Of a stretch of DNA of 64,000 nucleotides, positions 25,728-39,994 are shown piece after piece (the first letter of the stretch is position 1; the number at the start of each line of letters is the position of its first letter). A program made the translations under genes and the position numbers. The notes under the pieces are model-generated. The model searched no databases and was not told the origin of the DNA. It saw nothing but the letters and a program-made list of their open reading frames with translations. This stretch comes from Octopus vulgaris (lineage: Eukaryota). The stretch covers positions 69,750,001-69,814,000 of the forward strand of contig OX597826.1 in NCBI GenBank assembly GCA_951406725.2, in the 5' to 3' direction.

Positions 25728-26092
25728 GTGATATATCTATGTGCATACATATACACACGCACGCACAAAGAAAGGGACTTAGCGTGCTTACTTGTCTTGT
25801 GACTATAGGTGTATGTTAATGCAAGTGAATATGCGCAAACGTGTGTGTGTATATATATATATATACCAGATCTAAAAACAAAAGAAAAAAAAAGAAAAAA
25901 AAACACACACACGGATGTGAACACCTGAAAAATTGTTTGACTTCTCTCCAAAAATATTCGTTTTCGTTGGAATCAAGTCATTTATTTTTATTCAGATTTA
26001 TAAATAAAATAGAATTTATGTATATTGATAACCAAAATTTCATAATCAATGCTTTTATTACATTATTATTATTATTATTATTATTAATATTA

Positions 26093-26127
<35 letters not shown>

Positions 26128-26527
26128 GCTATCATTACTATTTTGGTGTTTGTCTTTTCTTTAATTTCCCAAATCGTACTGTCTGCAAGCTGCCGTTGCA
26201 ATGACTTTAGATCTAATTTGTACCATTCTGTCTGAACCGAAGCAAATAAAGATTCCATACTTTTTAAAAATTTGCTTGAATTATGCTTCGACCTTAATGA
26301 TCTGTCATATTTTTCGCATCAAACTCCGTCTAGAATTTCACACATTCTTTAAAATTATATAAGTTTATTTTAAAACCTTCCGCTTCATTGTCAGGAAGTA
26401 AAAAAAAAAAAAAAAAAAAAAAAGAGAAACGGTGCTCGTGTGTGGTCTTAACTTCGTTAACTAAATTGAATTAAAATAAAAAAAAATAATTGGAAAAAGA
26501 GAACTAAAGAAATGTTAAGCATGACTG

Positions 26528-26735
26528 TGTTGTTGTTGACAAGCTGTGACTTCAGGTTCAATCTCATCTCACCGCACCTTCGAAATACGGCGTTAGACCA
26601 CCGGACAAAATACTTAGGGGCATTTCGTCCTTACCTTCCATGATCGTGTTGTTGACAAGCTGTGACTTCAGGTTCACCTTCGAAATACGGCGTTAGACCA
26701 CCGGACAAAATACTTAGCGGCATTTCGTCCTTGCG
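26528..26735 (+). repeat. Near-identical ~120-bp tandem duplication made of SINE A/B scraps
   Basis: GTTGTTGACAAGCTGTGACTTCAGGTTCA...CACCTTCGAAATACGGCGTTAGACCACCGGACAAAATACTTAG present twice. Confidence 0.8.
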
Positions 26736-27262
26736 TTCTGAGTGGACTCTTCCATTTTAAAGGGTTACAGAATTAACACAGGTTATAGGAACATAAACCT
26801 TCTTCCACGAAAAGATAGCTTAAACTGTGTTCTAAATGGAGGTGTAGTCAAATCCTATTTTATGGATTCAACCATGTTCTAAAATAAGTCAAAAGGTAAG
26901 CTACTATAAATCGGCACGAACTTTCCGGACAACCCAATATTTTGAAATTCCGTGCTAATTTATGTTCCACGGGAAAACGATGCTCTTCAGTGATCTTAAC
27001 TTTGATAACTAAATCAGCTTTAGAAAAAGTAATTAGAAAAAAACTAAAAGGAAGTTAAGCATGACTGTATTGATAAGAAGCCCTTGACTTCAGGTTCGAT
27101 CTCAACTCGCAGCACCTTGGACAAATGTCTTCTAATAAAGCCCTAGACTGACCAATGTCTGGTAGATGCATTTGGTAGACGGAAACTTTGTAGAGTCCCT
27201 TCGCTTGAGATCGCCCACGGCCCTATGCTACAACCTTCCGGTTTTAATGTGAGCTAAATCAA

Positions 27263-27860
27263 GGCGGCGAGCTGGAAGAAACGTTAGCACCCCGGACGAA
27301 ATGCGTTGCCGAATTTCGTCTGCCGTTACGTTCTGAGTTCAAATTCCGCCGTGGTCAACTTTGCCTTTCATCCTTTCGGGGTCGATGAATTAAGTACCAG
27401 TTACGCACTGGGGTCGATATAATCGACTTAATACGTTTGTCTGTCCTTGTTTGTCCCTTCTGTGTTTAGCCCCTTGTTGGTAGTAAAGAAATAGGTATTT
27501 CGTCTGTCTTTACGTTCAGAGTTCAAATTCCGCCGAGGTCGACTTTGCCTTTCATCCTTTCCGGTTCGATAAATTAAGTACCAGTTACGCACTGGGGTCG
27601 ATATAATCGACTGAATCCCTTTAGCCCCTTGATTTAGCCCCTTGTGGGCAGTAAAGAAATAAGAAACGTTAGTACGCTGAGCGAAATACTTAGCGGTATT
27701 TTGTATGTCTTTACGTTCTGGGTTCAAATTCTGTCGAGGCTGACTTTGCCTTTCATCTTTTCAGGGTCGATAAATTAAGTACCAGTTGCGTATTGGGGTC
27801 GATCTAATCGACTGGCTCCACTCACCAAAAATTTCAGGCCTTGTGCCTTGAGAAGAAAAG
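27263..27860 (+). mobile_element. SINE family B trimer with a single 17-bp TSD
   Basis: AATGTGAGCTAAATCAA at 27246-27262 and 27861-27877; units restart at 27494 and ~27663. Confidence 0.92.
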
Positions 27861-28081
27861 AATGTGAGCTAAATCAAAATCATATATCGAAATTCTATGT
27901 TACTTTATGCACCAAATGACAGCTGAAAAACGGTGAGGCCATCTTACCAAATTCTTCATTATTTTGAAAGTTAACCCAAGATGACATTGAATTTCATTAG
28001 AAATATTAATTAAGAAAACGGTAGGAAATTACGTTCAACCAATATTGGGTCAAATACATATACACATACATTGATAGATAA

Positions 28082-28144
<63 letters not shown>

Positions 28145-28229
28145 ATACATATGTATAGATAGATAGATAGATAGATACATACATACATACATACAAACAT
28201 ACATGCATATACCTATACATATATACATG

Positions 28230-28267
<38 letters not shown>

Positions 28268-28874
28268 CATACACATATATATGAATATATATAAATATAT
28301 ATATACATATGTACGTGTGCGTACAGGTGCACGAGAGAGGCAGAAGAAGAAATGTAGACAAATGTATAGAGATAAATAAAATGACATCTAGATAAACAGA
28401 GAGAGAGGAAGACAGAGAGAGTGTGTGAGTGTGTTTGTGCGCGCGCGTGCGTGAGGGAGAGAGAGAAAAACAGAGAGAGAGTGGGAGTGTGTGTGTGTGT
28501 GTTAGATAATGATTTATCAGATCAGAACCAAAAAAAGTCTCTAATTATATTATTAAATAAAGTAGAAAAATAAAGAAAAAATAAAAGAAAAGAAAACGAA
28601 AAAAAAAAAGCCTAATATAATTATATTAAAAACATAATCCAGCACTCAGTTATTGTCGACCGAGGGAGATTAAGATTTAGATGAAATCATGTGATGTTTT
28701 CTTCGTGGAAAACCAACAGTTCTTTGTTATAGATTTTAAGAAGTAAAAAAAACAACACCACTTGAAGAGTTTAGTATGTTTGCCGTAATCTATGTCTAGC
28801 TCAGACCCAGGTTTCATGTATTGCGTGACTTCACTGCCAGAGATTGCTGGCGTTGTGGTTGTTAGTGCCGCAGA

Positions 28875-28905
<31 letters not shown>

Positions 28906-28920
28906 ATTATTATTATTATT

Positions 28921-29343
28921 CCTCTTCTTCTTCTTCTTCTTCTTCTTCTTCTTCTTCTTCTTCTTCTTCTTCTTCTTCTTCTTCTTCTTCTTCTTCTTCT
29001 TCGTCTTCTTTTTCTTCTTCTTCTTCGTCTTCTTCTTCTTCTTCGTCTTCCTCTTCTTCTTCTTCTTCTTCTTCTTCTTCTTCTTCTTCTTCTTCTTCCT
29101 CTTCATCTTCTTCTTCGTCGTCGTCTTCTTCTTCTTCTTCTTTTTCTTCTTCCTCTTCTTCTTCTTCTTCGTCGTCGTCTTCTTCTTCTTCTTCTTCTTC
29201 TTCTTCGTCGTCGTCTCCTTCTTCATCCTTTTCTTCTTCTTCGTCTTCTTCTTCTTCTTCTTCTTCTTCTTCTTCTTCTTCTTCTTCGTCGTCGTCGTCG
29301 TCTTCTTCTTCGTCTTCTTCTTCTTCTTCGTCTTCTTCTTCTC

Positions 29344-29374
<31 letters not shown>

Positions 29375-29446
29375 TCCTCCTCCTCTTCTTCTTCTTCTTC
29401 TTCTTCTTCTTCTTCTCCTCCTCCTCTTCCTCCATCTTCTTCTTCT
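28921..29446. repeat. ~525-bp (CTT)n/(CGT) polypyrimidine triplet tract
   Basis: Direct reading. Confidence 0.95.
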
Positions 29447-29638
29447 GACAAATTTAGTCAGAACACCCTGTAATATATAAATTCACTCACAAGACAGCGT
29501 TCGTCCCAGGACTATGCTATGCTAAAGGTCCTTGCCCAATAAACCATCCACACAAGCGGGACTGAACCCTGAACCACATGATCGCAAAGTTCCTTAATCA
29601 TACGGTATCGACTTAATCACTACGTGTACAACAGTAGA

Positions 29639-30024
29639 GTGGAGGCGCAATGGCCCAGTGGTTAGGGCAGCGGACTCGCCGTCGTAGGATCACGGTTTCG
29701 ATTCCCAGACCGGGCGTTTGTGAGTGTTTATTGAGCGAAAACACCTAAAAGCTCCACGAGGCTCCGGCAGGGGATGGTGGTGATCCCTGCAGTACTCTTT
29801 CACCACAACTTTCTCTCACTCTTACTTCCTCTTTCTGTTGTACCTGTATTTCAAAAGGCCGGCCTTGTCACTCTCTGTGTCACGCTGGATATCCCCGAGA
29901 ACTACGTTAAGGGTACACGTGTCTGTGGAATGCTCAGCCACTTACACGTTAATTTCACGAGCAGGCTGTTCCGTTGATTCGGATCAACCGGAACCCTCGT
30001 CGTCGTAATCGACGGAGTGCTTCC
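29639..30024 (+). mobile_element. SINE family D, full length with TSD
   Basis: tRNA-like head TGGCCCAGTGGTTAGGGCAGCGGAC...GGTTTCGATTCCC; ACAACAGTAGA at 29628-29638 and 30025-30035; second copy at 49784-50164. Confidence 0.92.
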
Positions 30025-30314
30025 ACAACAGTAGAAATCTCTTGTCCTGTGGACGTCGGCGTTCTGTTAACGATAATAGAGAAACTAAAATATGCAGCGC
30101 TCGGTCTATTGAGAAATCCGATGTTTCTGCAAGCAAAGCAAAAGCTATAACTTTGGATTTATACTTGTAATAATTGGATCGGTTGGTTTCTGTAAGTGAC
30201 TATTTCAGTCGTATCTAATCTCGAAAACCTTGGCGGCTTCCTTCGCAGAGCAATTACAAGTCATTAAAACAACTGTGAACTTAAGTACAACATTTCGGTG
30301 GGTTTAATTTGTGC

Positions 30315-30349
<35 letters not shown>

Positions 30350-30406
30350 TGTGTATGCTTGTGTGTGTGTTTGTGTGTGTGCGCATATATATGTATATAT
30401 ATATAT

Positions 30407-30464
<58 letters not shown>

Positions 30465-30516
30465 TTATAAATGCACTTATATATATATGTATATATATGC
30501 ATATATAAATGTATGC

Positions 30517-30547
<31 letters not shown>

Positions 30548-31216
30548 CGTGCATACATTTATAAATGCACACACACACACACACGCACACATATATATAT
30601 ATATATATGTATGCATATATAAATGTATGCATGTATATATATATGTGTGTGTGTATACATACAAATATATATATATATATATGTATATACACACACGCAT
30701 ATACACACACACACGCACACATATATATCACACATACACTCGTATACATTTATGTCTTCATAGACATGGGCATACGCATGCGCAGGTAAGTCAATACGTA
30801 CATGTTTGCACATGGAATAGCATGCCAGCATCCATGCATGTATAACAAGTGCACAAGATACGCATAAATACATACATACGTGCGCACATGCACATCTCAC
30901 GCAGACACTTGCACACGTACACGCATGCGCACATAGACACACACGAGCATACACGAGCGTACATATGCTGCGGAGATAAATGAAGAAACTCTTTCAATCG
31001 CACAAAATCACCTTACGGAAGTCGTTTCCAACGAGGCATGTTTCCGCGTTATGGATTGTCCAACGCATTCGATTCCGGTTGTGAATTATGTCACAGAACG
31101 CTGGCAGAAACGTCACATAAACCGAATTAATCTTGGCACCTCTTATAGGACGGAATCTTGAAATACACGCTTCTTCTCTATGTCTTCCTTTAATTTATTT
31201 TCATATGTTCCTATTT

Positions 31217-31233
31217 AATAACAACAGCAACGT

Positions 31234-31264
<31 letters not shown>

Positions 31265-31280
31265 AATAATAATAATAATG

Positions 31281-31365
<85 letters not shown>

Positions 31366-31394
31366 TGATGATGATGATGATAATAATAATAATG

Positions 31395-31467
<73 letters not shown>

Positions 31468-31472
31468 TAATA

Positions 31473-31516
<44 letters not shown>

Positions 31517-31526
31517 AATAATAATA

Positions 31527-31564
<38 letters not shown>

Positions 31565-31619
31565 AATAATAATAATAATAATAATAATAGTGATAATAAT
31601 AGTGATAATAATAATGATA

Positions 31620-31650
<31 letters not shown>

Positions 31651-31850
31651 GGATAATGATGATGATGCTGATGATGATGTTGGCTAGTTGTTTTTGTCTG
31701 TGTTGTTGTTGTTGTTGATGGTGGTGGTGGTGGTGGTGGTGGTGGTGGTGGAGGTTGTGGTGGTGGAGGTGGTGGTGGTGGAGGTGGTGGTGGTGGAGGT
31801 GGTGGTGGTGGTGGAGGTGGTGGTGGTGGTGGTGGTGGTGGTGGTGTTGC
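31217..31850. repeat. Compound (AAC)(AAT)(GAT)(GGT)n triplet repeats
   Basis: Direct reading. Confidence 0.95.
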
Positions 31851-32649
31851 TGTTTTCGTCGTTTTTGGTTTTCCTTTTAATTTCGAAAAAGGAAATTGGA
31901 AGGAAAAACCAGGTGTAAAATAAAAATAGAAGAATTAGTGAGGAAACGTCGGTGGGGGGTGGGGGGAGGCGAAGGGTAGGATGGATGCTATAGTTTCATG
32001 AAGGAGGCAGAGGAATTAGGCGTGCGGGGGAGGGGGCGGCGAACAAATCGACAAAAAAAAGGGAAGAAAGTAAAGAAGAAGAAGAAGAAGATTTTCTTTT
32101 GGTATTAGATACATTGAAATTATTTACAGAATATATATTTCTATATGCTAGGGTAAGTCAAATGTTGTATGCACTTTTGTTTCTGTAATTCCTTAAAACA
32201 AAATCAGTGGTCGAATAATTGCATCGATTTCGGGCTTAGCCTATGAATATAAAGTCTCCTTGCTTTTTGATGCATCGACCTGACGTGATACGCATGGACC
32301 CGGTTTTCTGGAAGGATCCAGCGGACCCTAAACTTGCTTATTCCATCACAGAAGGGCTTCGGCTGGTCGTGCAGCTATTTTATGCCACCTTTCCTGCACT
32401 TCTTCGTCTGTAGCGAATCGACGAAATATGAGCGTAAAGGATGTTTGAGCCGTCCAAAGAGGAGATAGTCGGAAAGGGCGAGATCTCGACAGCATGCAGG
32501 GTGTGCCACCAACTCGAAACCCAATGTCTCAATACTTTTAACGAAGGGACATTCGTATGTGAATGTGCATTGTCATGCAACAATAGCGCTTGGTTTGACA
32601 AGAGACTTTAGCGTTTTCTGAGAATTGCTTACTTGAGTTTATTGGCCAT

Positions 32650-32861
32650 TTTTTTTCTTTTTCTTTTACTTGTTTCAGTCATTTGACTGTGGCCATGCTG
32701 GAGCACCGCCTTTAGTCGAGCAAATCAACCCCAGGACTTATTCTTACTTAAGCCTAGTACTTATTCTATCGGTCTCTTTTACCGAACCGTTAAGTTATGG
32801 GGACGTAAACACACCAGCATCGGTTGTCAAGCGATGCTGGGGGACAAACACAGACACAAAA

Positions 32862-32930
<69 letters not shown>

Positions 32931-33112
32931 TACATATACATATATACGACGGGCTTCTTTCAGTTTCCGTCGACAAATCCACTCACAAGGCTTTGGTCGG
33001 TCCGAGGCTATACCAGAAGACACTTGCCCAAGGTGCTACGCAATGGGATTGAACCCGGAACCACGTAGTTGCTAAGCAAGCTACTGACCACACAGCCGCT
33101 CCTACGCCTATA
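32650..33112 (-). mobile_element. SINE family A nested in the mariner
   Basis: Reverse complement of the family A consensus. Confidence 0.9.
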
Positions 33113-33490
33113 ATCAAAATCTCTTGGTAATTTATGTTCCAAATACTGGCTTAATTATGACAAAGCTATATTATGCAGCACGAAGTTTTGTCAGTGAACA
33201 GGTCGTGGTCTCTAGCGACAAAACTATTTTGACAAATTAAACTTAAATGTTGAAGTGAATCTAACAGTTTTGTGTGTTTCTTAAATGGCTTTCACGCTGC
33301 AATTGTTTTCGTTCCAGCATACGATCTCAGATCAAGTCACTCGCTATGCAAGTACATCTCCGTAATATATTATTTAATTCTTCATTATTTTCAAACTTAA
33401 TTGTAACAGGGCAGTGTATTTCAATAGAAATATGGGAGCAAAAAGAGTTAAAGTGATCTAAATTTAAACCTCCCCTTAAAATGTCCTTTT
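33113..33490 (-). mobile_element. Rearranged AT-rich dispersed repeat (possibly a MITE), related to 63708-63927
   Basis: Reverse complement TATTTCTATTGAAATACACTGC..CAATTAAGTTTGAAAATAATGAAGAATT and TTTGGAACATAAATT match the 63708 copy; scraps also at ~26950 and ~27950. Confidence 0.5.
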
Positions 33491-33860
33491 GATTTATGTC
33501 CCAGGTCTCATCTCCCGTGACTATTTACCTCCGAAAAAGCTTCACCTTCTTCGTTGAAGCGTCGAGTAAAGCGTTGACAGATCTGCACACGATTGCGTTT
33601 TATGCGGTTCAGTAAGATCTCTTGGCGCCCATCTCGCACAGACCTTACGGAAGCGAAGCTTCTAGTGGATGATTTCGTATGCAGAACCACGACTAATCCG
33701 CTGAAAACATGCCACCTTCATCGATGGTCACACGTCGCTTCACCGGGGAACCATCTCTCCAGCTTGTTGAATCGTCACGTCACTGGAGGAGGTTTAATGG
33801 GTGTATTCCTCTCTTCTCACACGTCACACATTTCCGGTGGTGGTGGTGGTGGTGGTGGTG

Positions 33861-34044
33861 GTGGCGGTGGTGTTGGTGGTGCTGGTGTTGGTGGTGGCCT
33901 AGGTTGCGATGGTGGCCATCGTGGTCGTGGTTGCGATGGAGATAGCCAAGGTATTAGTGGAGAGAATGGAGGATGATGGTTTGATATTGGTGATGATGAT
34001 GATGTTGTTGATCATCATCATCATCATCGTCGTCGTCATCATCG

Positions 34045-34084
<40 letters not shown>

Positions 34085-34345
34085 TATGTGGCGGTGGTGT
34101 TGGTGGTGCTGGTGTTGGTGGTGGCCTAGGTTGCGATGGTGGCCATCGTGGTCGTGGTTGCGATGGAGAGAGCCAAGGTATTAGTGGAGAGAATGAATGA
34201 GAATAGGGAAAAAGTGCAAGGCTGGCGGTCGTGAGGATGATGGTTTGATATTGGTGATGATGATGATGTTGTTGATCATCATCATCATCATCGTCGTCAT
34301 CATCGTCATCATCATCATCATCATCATCGTCATCATCATCATCAT
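33861..34345 (+). repeat. Tandem duplication (~227-bp unit) of a GGT/GAT/CAT-rich block
   Basis: GTGGCGGTGGTGTTGG...CCTAGGTTGCGATGGTGGCCATCG...GCCAAGGTATTAGTGGAGAGAATG at 33861 and 34088. Confidence 0.85.
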
Positions 34346-35455
34346 TATTATTATTATTATTATTATAGAAGTTCCAGGAAGAGAGAGGATGATTTTGTAG
34401 AAGAATACAATTTATTATGGTGGGTAAAAGAGTTGAACCAATGCTGATAAGTAAAACCTTTTCTCCGTTGCTATAGCAGCTGCTACTAATGCTACTGCTG
34501 CTGCTTCTTCTATTTCTTCTTCTCTTCCTCCTCCACAACCACCACCACCGCTTCTTTCTTCTCTTCTTCCTTCTCCTCCTCCTCCTCCTCCTCCTCCTTC
34601 TCCATCTCTTTCTCCTTCTTTCTCCTTCTTCTCGTTCTTTTTCTCGTTCTCCCTCTTCTTCTATTTCTGCTTCTCCTCTTCCCCCTCCTTCTCTTCCTTC
34701 TCTATCTTCTTCTTTCTCCTTCTTCTCGCTCTTTCCTCGTTCTTCTTCCTCCCCTTCTTCTCCCTCTTCTTCTATTTCTTCTTTTCCCCTTCCTCCTCCT
34801 CCTCCTTATCCATCTTCTTCTTCTTTCTCCTTCTTCTCGTTCTTTCCTCGTTCTTCTTCCTCTCCTTCTTCTCCCTCTTCTTCTTTTTCTTCTTTTTCTT
34901 CTTCCTCGTCCTCCACTCATTCTTCATCCTCATTCTCTACACCGTTTCTTCTCCATTTCCACACCCCACCAATCTTCGTTTTTTCCTCCTCTCCTAGCAT
35001 AAAACACGGAAAGAAAACTGTACAACAAAAATAAATAAACAAACAAATAAATAAATAAATAAAAGAACGAAAAGGGAGACAACACAAGAGAAAAACAAAC
35101 GAAGAAGTAGAAAGCGAAGTTATAGCCACAATTTGAAGCACAACCAAAGAGTATTCCGTATGAATGAACCGATATGTTCGGCATTGCCATATAAATCTAT
35201 TTTCTGAACATTATAACAACCATATTCTCTATAATCCCCTTTTACTCACATCCATCTATCGTAGAGAATACGATTGTATAATGACGAATGTGTACATACG
35301 CAGACCATGTACATACAACGTGTACAAAGTATATTGTGTATAATATAAGTGAATGTATGCATGTACATATGTATATATGTATGTATGTATGTATAAAAAG
35401 ATGTATAATTCAATATATGAATACAGATATAGACATATACGTACTTATATATGCA

Positions 35456-35515
<60 letters not shown>

Positions 35516-35635
35516 CATCCAGATGTACATGCATATGTATATGTATGCACAAATGAGTGCATTTGCGCATTAGTGTGTGTGTGCAATTACATACATATCT
35601 GTGCGCATGTTCTCTTAGTTTAATGTAAGAATATA

Positions 35636-35790
<155 letters not shown>

Positions 35791-36270
35791 GTAGGTAGGT
35801 AGGTATGTAGGTAGATAGATAGATAGATAGATAGATACATACATACATACATACATACATACATACATACATACATACAAGCAAACAGACAGTCAGACAC
35901 ATGGATACAATCATGCATACAAACATAAATATATACATCCGTACAGTTCATATACACATCCATGCATGCATACATACACATACACACGTCTGTAGGCTTA
36001 CACGCTTCTTACGTCTGTTAATACGACGCGTCTAACTGCGTATATTGTGCGTACATTCGTATTAGTGCGTCGCCGTGTGTATATATGTAATACTAACATG
36101 TGTCGGTTTATACAATCTACTAAGTGAACACATTCACCCGACAGGAATTACACAATCTTGGTAAACAATAATCCAATTATTAACTTCCTTCCCCATCGGC
36201 ATCCTCCTCACTCATCCACTTCTACTTCGTTCTTTTCTGCTTTTTTTTATCTATCTATCACCCTCACCTG

Positions 36271-36326
<56 letters not shown>

Positions 36327-36527
36327 CCTCTCTTATTTTCTAACATTTTATCACGTTATTCTTATTTCATTATCAATTTTTAATCTATCTATCTGTTTAT
36401 TTATCTATCTATTTATCTATGCATCTATCCAGCTAGCTATCTGTCTGTATGTCTGTCTGTTTGTCTGTTTATGTATCTATCTATCTATCCATCTATCTAT
36501 CTGTTTATACGTCTGTCTGTCTATTAT

Positions 36528-36566
<39 letters not shown>

Positions 36567-37749
36567 GTCTATCTATCTAGCTATCTACCTATCAATCAAT
36601 CAATCTATCTATCTATATATATATATATATAGTGCTCCAGCATGGCCGCAGTCAAATGACTGAAACAAGTAAAAGAGTAAAAGAGTATATATATATATCT
36701 ATATATATATATATATATATATATGCACCTATCTACCTGTTTATACGTCTGTCTGTCTATCTATCTATCTATCTATCTACCTATCAATCTATCTGTCTGT
36801 CAATCTATCTATCATCTCTCTATCTGTCCTCATTTTACTATACTCAGTTTTCTCCATATATCGAGGTTGTGTGCCAGAGTTTGTACACAAGAAATTTTAC
36901 CACTTCAAAGAACCGACTGACTGCCGATTCCTTGAAGTCATATAACGTGCTCAGCGATGCCTGCATTTCTCTGATGGCTAGAAGTCCCTTCTCTAATTAA
37001 CATAGTGAACGAGCATTACTGATCCTCATCTAACACCTGAAACACCATACCTCGATCAACCGCTTCAATCCAGCATGCAAAAATCACGTCAAAGAAAAGA
37101 ATTAGGAATCTCACCAAGAAGTAGTGCGCATGTCCTTCCTCTGCCTGTTTTCTAGTATTCTTCCATTTGGTTTTACAGAGCACTAGAAACCACCAGTCGT
37201 CCCTCTCCGTTTCGTATTTGCGTCCTTATATTTCCATGTAGCAATGTTTTCTCTGCCACGAATCTTTCTCTACAGATCACCAGTAGTACATTTATTCCAT
37301 CGGCTCTTATGAGAGACGGATAGCAAGGTCAGTGTTAACCCAGGCTGCTACCAGCCCGGTTTTGAGTTATATCTTAGTTCATCAACAGCATACTCATATA
37401 GGCGTAGGAGAGGCTGTGTGGTAAGTAGCTTGTTTACGAACTACATAGTTCTGGGTTCAGTCCCACTGCGTGACACCTTGGGCAAGTGCCTTTTACTATA
37501 GCCTCGGGCTGACCAAAGCCTTTGGTATACGGAAAATAAAGGCTTTGGTATACGGAAACTTAACAAGACAAAAGAGGCGAATGAGTTTCATGAAACCATC
37601 GACCAGCGTTAAAATAAGACCTCGACGCTGTTCACTGTTAAAAACATGTCAAACCACTGTTTTCTGCACTGAAGCCATCAGTTTCTCGATGATTACTGCA
37701 GAAGAAACAGCCGGGCGTATGCTTGCGTAACGTAGTATTGGATGGCCGC

Positions 37750-38093
37750 CAAGCTCGCCGAGCCTTCAACCGACTCAATGCACGACTCTGGTCAAGATCT
37801 GAGATCCGACGCACCACCAAATTACGGATCTACCAAGCACTACCAAGCGAACGATTCTCCTTTACGGCAGCGAGTCATGGCCGATGAGGGTGAAAGATAT
37901 TAAGCGACCAGAATCCTTCGATCGCCTCTGTCTACGCCGCATGCCGCATCCTTCATGTCCGATGGCATCATTTTGTCTCCAACAATTCGGTGCGACACCA
38001 GTGCAGAATCACCTCCCTCCGACAAGTCATCCTAACGAGACGTCTGCGTTGGCTGGGTCATGACCTCCGTCGTCAACCAGGGAAATTCATCTA
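37750..38093 (+). pseudogene. RTE-clade ORF fragment (post-RT region)
   Basis: ARRAFNRLNARLWSRSEIRRTTKLRIYQAL / RTILLYGSESW / RRLRWLGHDLRRQPGKFI; overlaps the start of the 11302 fragment, so same family. Confidence 0.85.
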
Positions 38094-38327
38094 ATTGGTG
38101 GCATATAATAGCGCATTATTATCTTTTCTTCTAAATATTTCAAAATAGACCCTCTATGCGAAATTGAACCTCGATTGCATGATTGAATGCACTAGGAGTC
38201 TTGTATATGTGCTGCTGCAAATATGCCCGTATGTCTTGTGTCACCAAATAAGGGAATTGTCTGCGGTTAAACCTGGAGATGGACGGGCACTGCCGGGTAT
38301 TCAACCACATGTCCAAGACATGCCATA

Positions 38328-38533
38328 TACTCTTTTACTTGTTTCAGTCATTTGACTGCGGCCATGCTGGAGCACCACTTTTAGTCGAGCAAATCGACCC
38401 CAGGACTTATTCTTATTCTAGTACTTATTCTATCGGTCTATTTTGCCGAACCGCTAAGTTACGGGGACGTAAACACACCAGCATCGGTTGTCAAGCGATA
38501 TTGGGGGACCAACACAAACACACAAACACACAA

Positions 38534-38602
<69 letters not shown>

Positions 38603-38760
38603 TACGACGGGCTTCTTTTAGTTTCCGTATACCAAAGGCTTTGGTCAGCCCGAGGCTATAGTAGAAGACACTTGCCCAAGGTGCCACGGAGTTGAACTGA
38701 ACCCAGAACTATGTAGTTCGTAAGCAAGCTACTTACCACACAGCCACTCCTACGCTTATA
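38328..38760 (-). mobile_element. SINE family A
   Basis: Reverse complement of the consensus; its head is duplicated at 37397-37535. Confidence 0.9.
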
Positions 38761-39054
38761 TGAATATGCTGTTGATGAACAAACAAAGATATAACTCAAA
38801 ACCGGACTGGTAGCAGCCTGAGTTAACACTCACCTTGCTAACTGTCTCTCAATAAATGTACCACTGGTGATCTGTAGAGAAAGATTCGTGGCATGGAAAT
38901 ATTGCTACATGGAAATATAAGGACGCGAATACGAAATGGAGAGGGACCACTGGTAGTTTCTAGTGCTCTGTAAAACCAAATGGAAGAATATTAGAAAACA
39001 GGCAGAGGAAGGACATGGGCTTTACTTCGTAGTAAGATTCCTAATTCTTTTGTT

Positions 39055-39322
39055 TTCTTTGCCCTTTTGAAGCCTAGCCAGGCTCATGGGCTCGGTTTCC
39101 TGGTTTCTGTGGCGTATGGGTTCCCAGCTGGACGGGACGCCAGACCATCGCAGCGTTACTCATGAAACAGTAAGAGTAAGTGAGAGAAAGTTGTACACCA
39201 CCCCTTGCCGGAGCCTCGTGTAGCTTTTTAGATGTTTTCGCTCAATAAACACGCACAACGCCCGCTCTGGGAATCGAAACCACGATCCCGCTGTCCTAAC
39301 CACTGAGCCATTGCGCCTTCCC
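39055..39322 (-). mobile_element. Chimeric SINE: family D head/body plus family C tail
   Basis: TTGAGCGAAAACATCTAAAAAGCTACACGAGGCTCCGGCA (D) joined to ATGAGTAACGCTGCGATGG...GAGCCTGGCTAGGCTT (C). Confidence 0.85.
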
Positions 39323-39994
39323 ATACATGTATATATATATATGTATGTATATACATATATGTATATATATGTATATACATATATGTATATACATATATTT
39401 ATATACACATATATATATACATATATGTATATGCGTGTGTGTATGTGTGTGTGTGTATTTGAAAAAAAGAAATGTAAAGATACCGCTTGCGAAAAGTCAA
39501 AGCGAAAACTTTAAAAAAACTACCAATTCTACGATAAATACACACACGAGCAATGTAATGAATATTTAAAAAAATAGATCTACCTTCTGGATGGAATATG
39601 AAGGCAGATAATACATATTCCAATATCAATTGATTTCATGCTATGCATGAGAAACATGCTCTGCAATCCTCGGTAGGAAATAGTATTTGACATCTATTTC
39701 TAAAATATTCGTTACGTCAACTCGTGAGCGTTTCTAACTTTAAACGTTCCGTTCCGTTTAAAGAGAAAACTATCGTAAACAATATAAAGACGTAAATATG
39801 TGAAGTATTATTACTGTTAAAAGCAGTAAAACAGTAATGAGGTGGATAGCAAGACTTCTACCTAAACAGGTAAATATATGTGAAGAAGAGTATGAACGAC
39901 CAGGAATCTCACTGAGGTCATTATTGATTTCGTACTTGAGTAGTCATAAAATAAAGGATCAGTTAAACACTTGGGTCAAGTTTATTTTATCAAA

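Larger units (their letters stand above)
32148..33810 (-). mobile_element. Decayed mariner (DD34D-type) transposon, split by later insertions
   Basis: Frameshifted minus-strand translation: RRVTIDE..ISRGSAYEIIH*KLRFRKVCARWAPRDLTE..IVTGDETW (33495-33750), then LLLHDNAHSH..LGFELVAHPACCRDLALSDYLLFGRLK (32440-32600); TIR-like AGGGTAAGTCAAA at 32150. Confidence 0.85.
37095..39051. repeat. Long inverted duplication (arms 37095-37535 and 38622-39051)
   Basis: Arms align as reverse complements over ~430-440 bp, including ~300 bp of non-SINE sequence. Confidence 0.9.
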
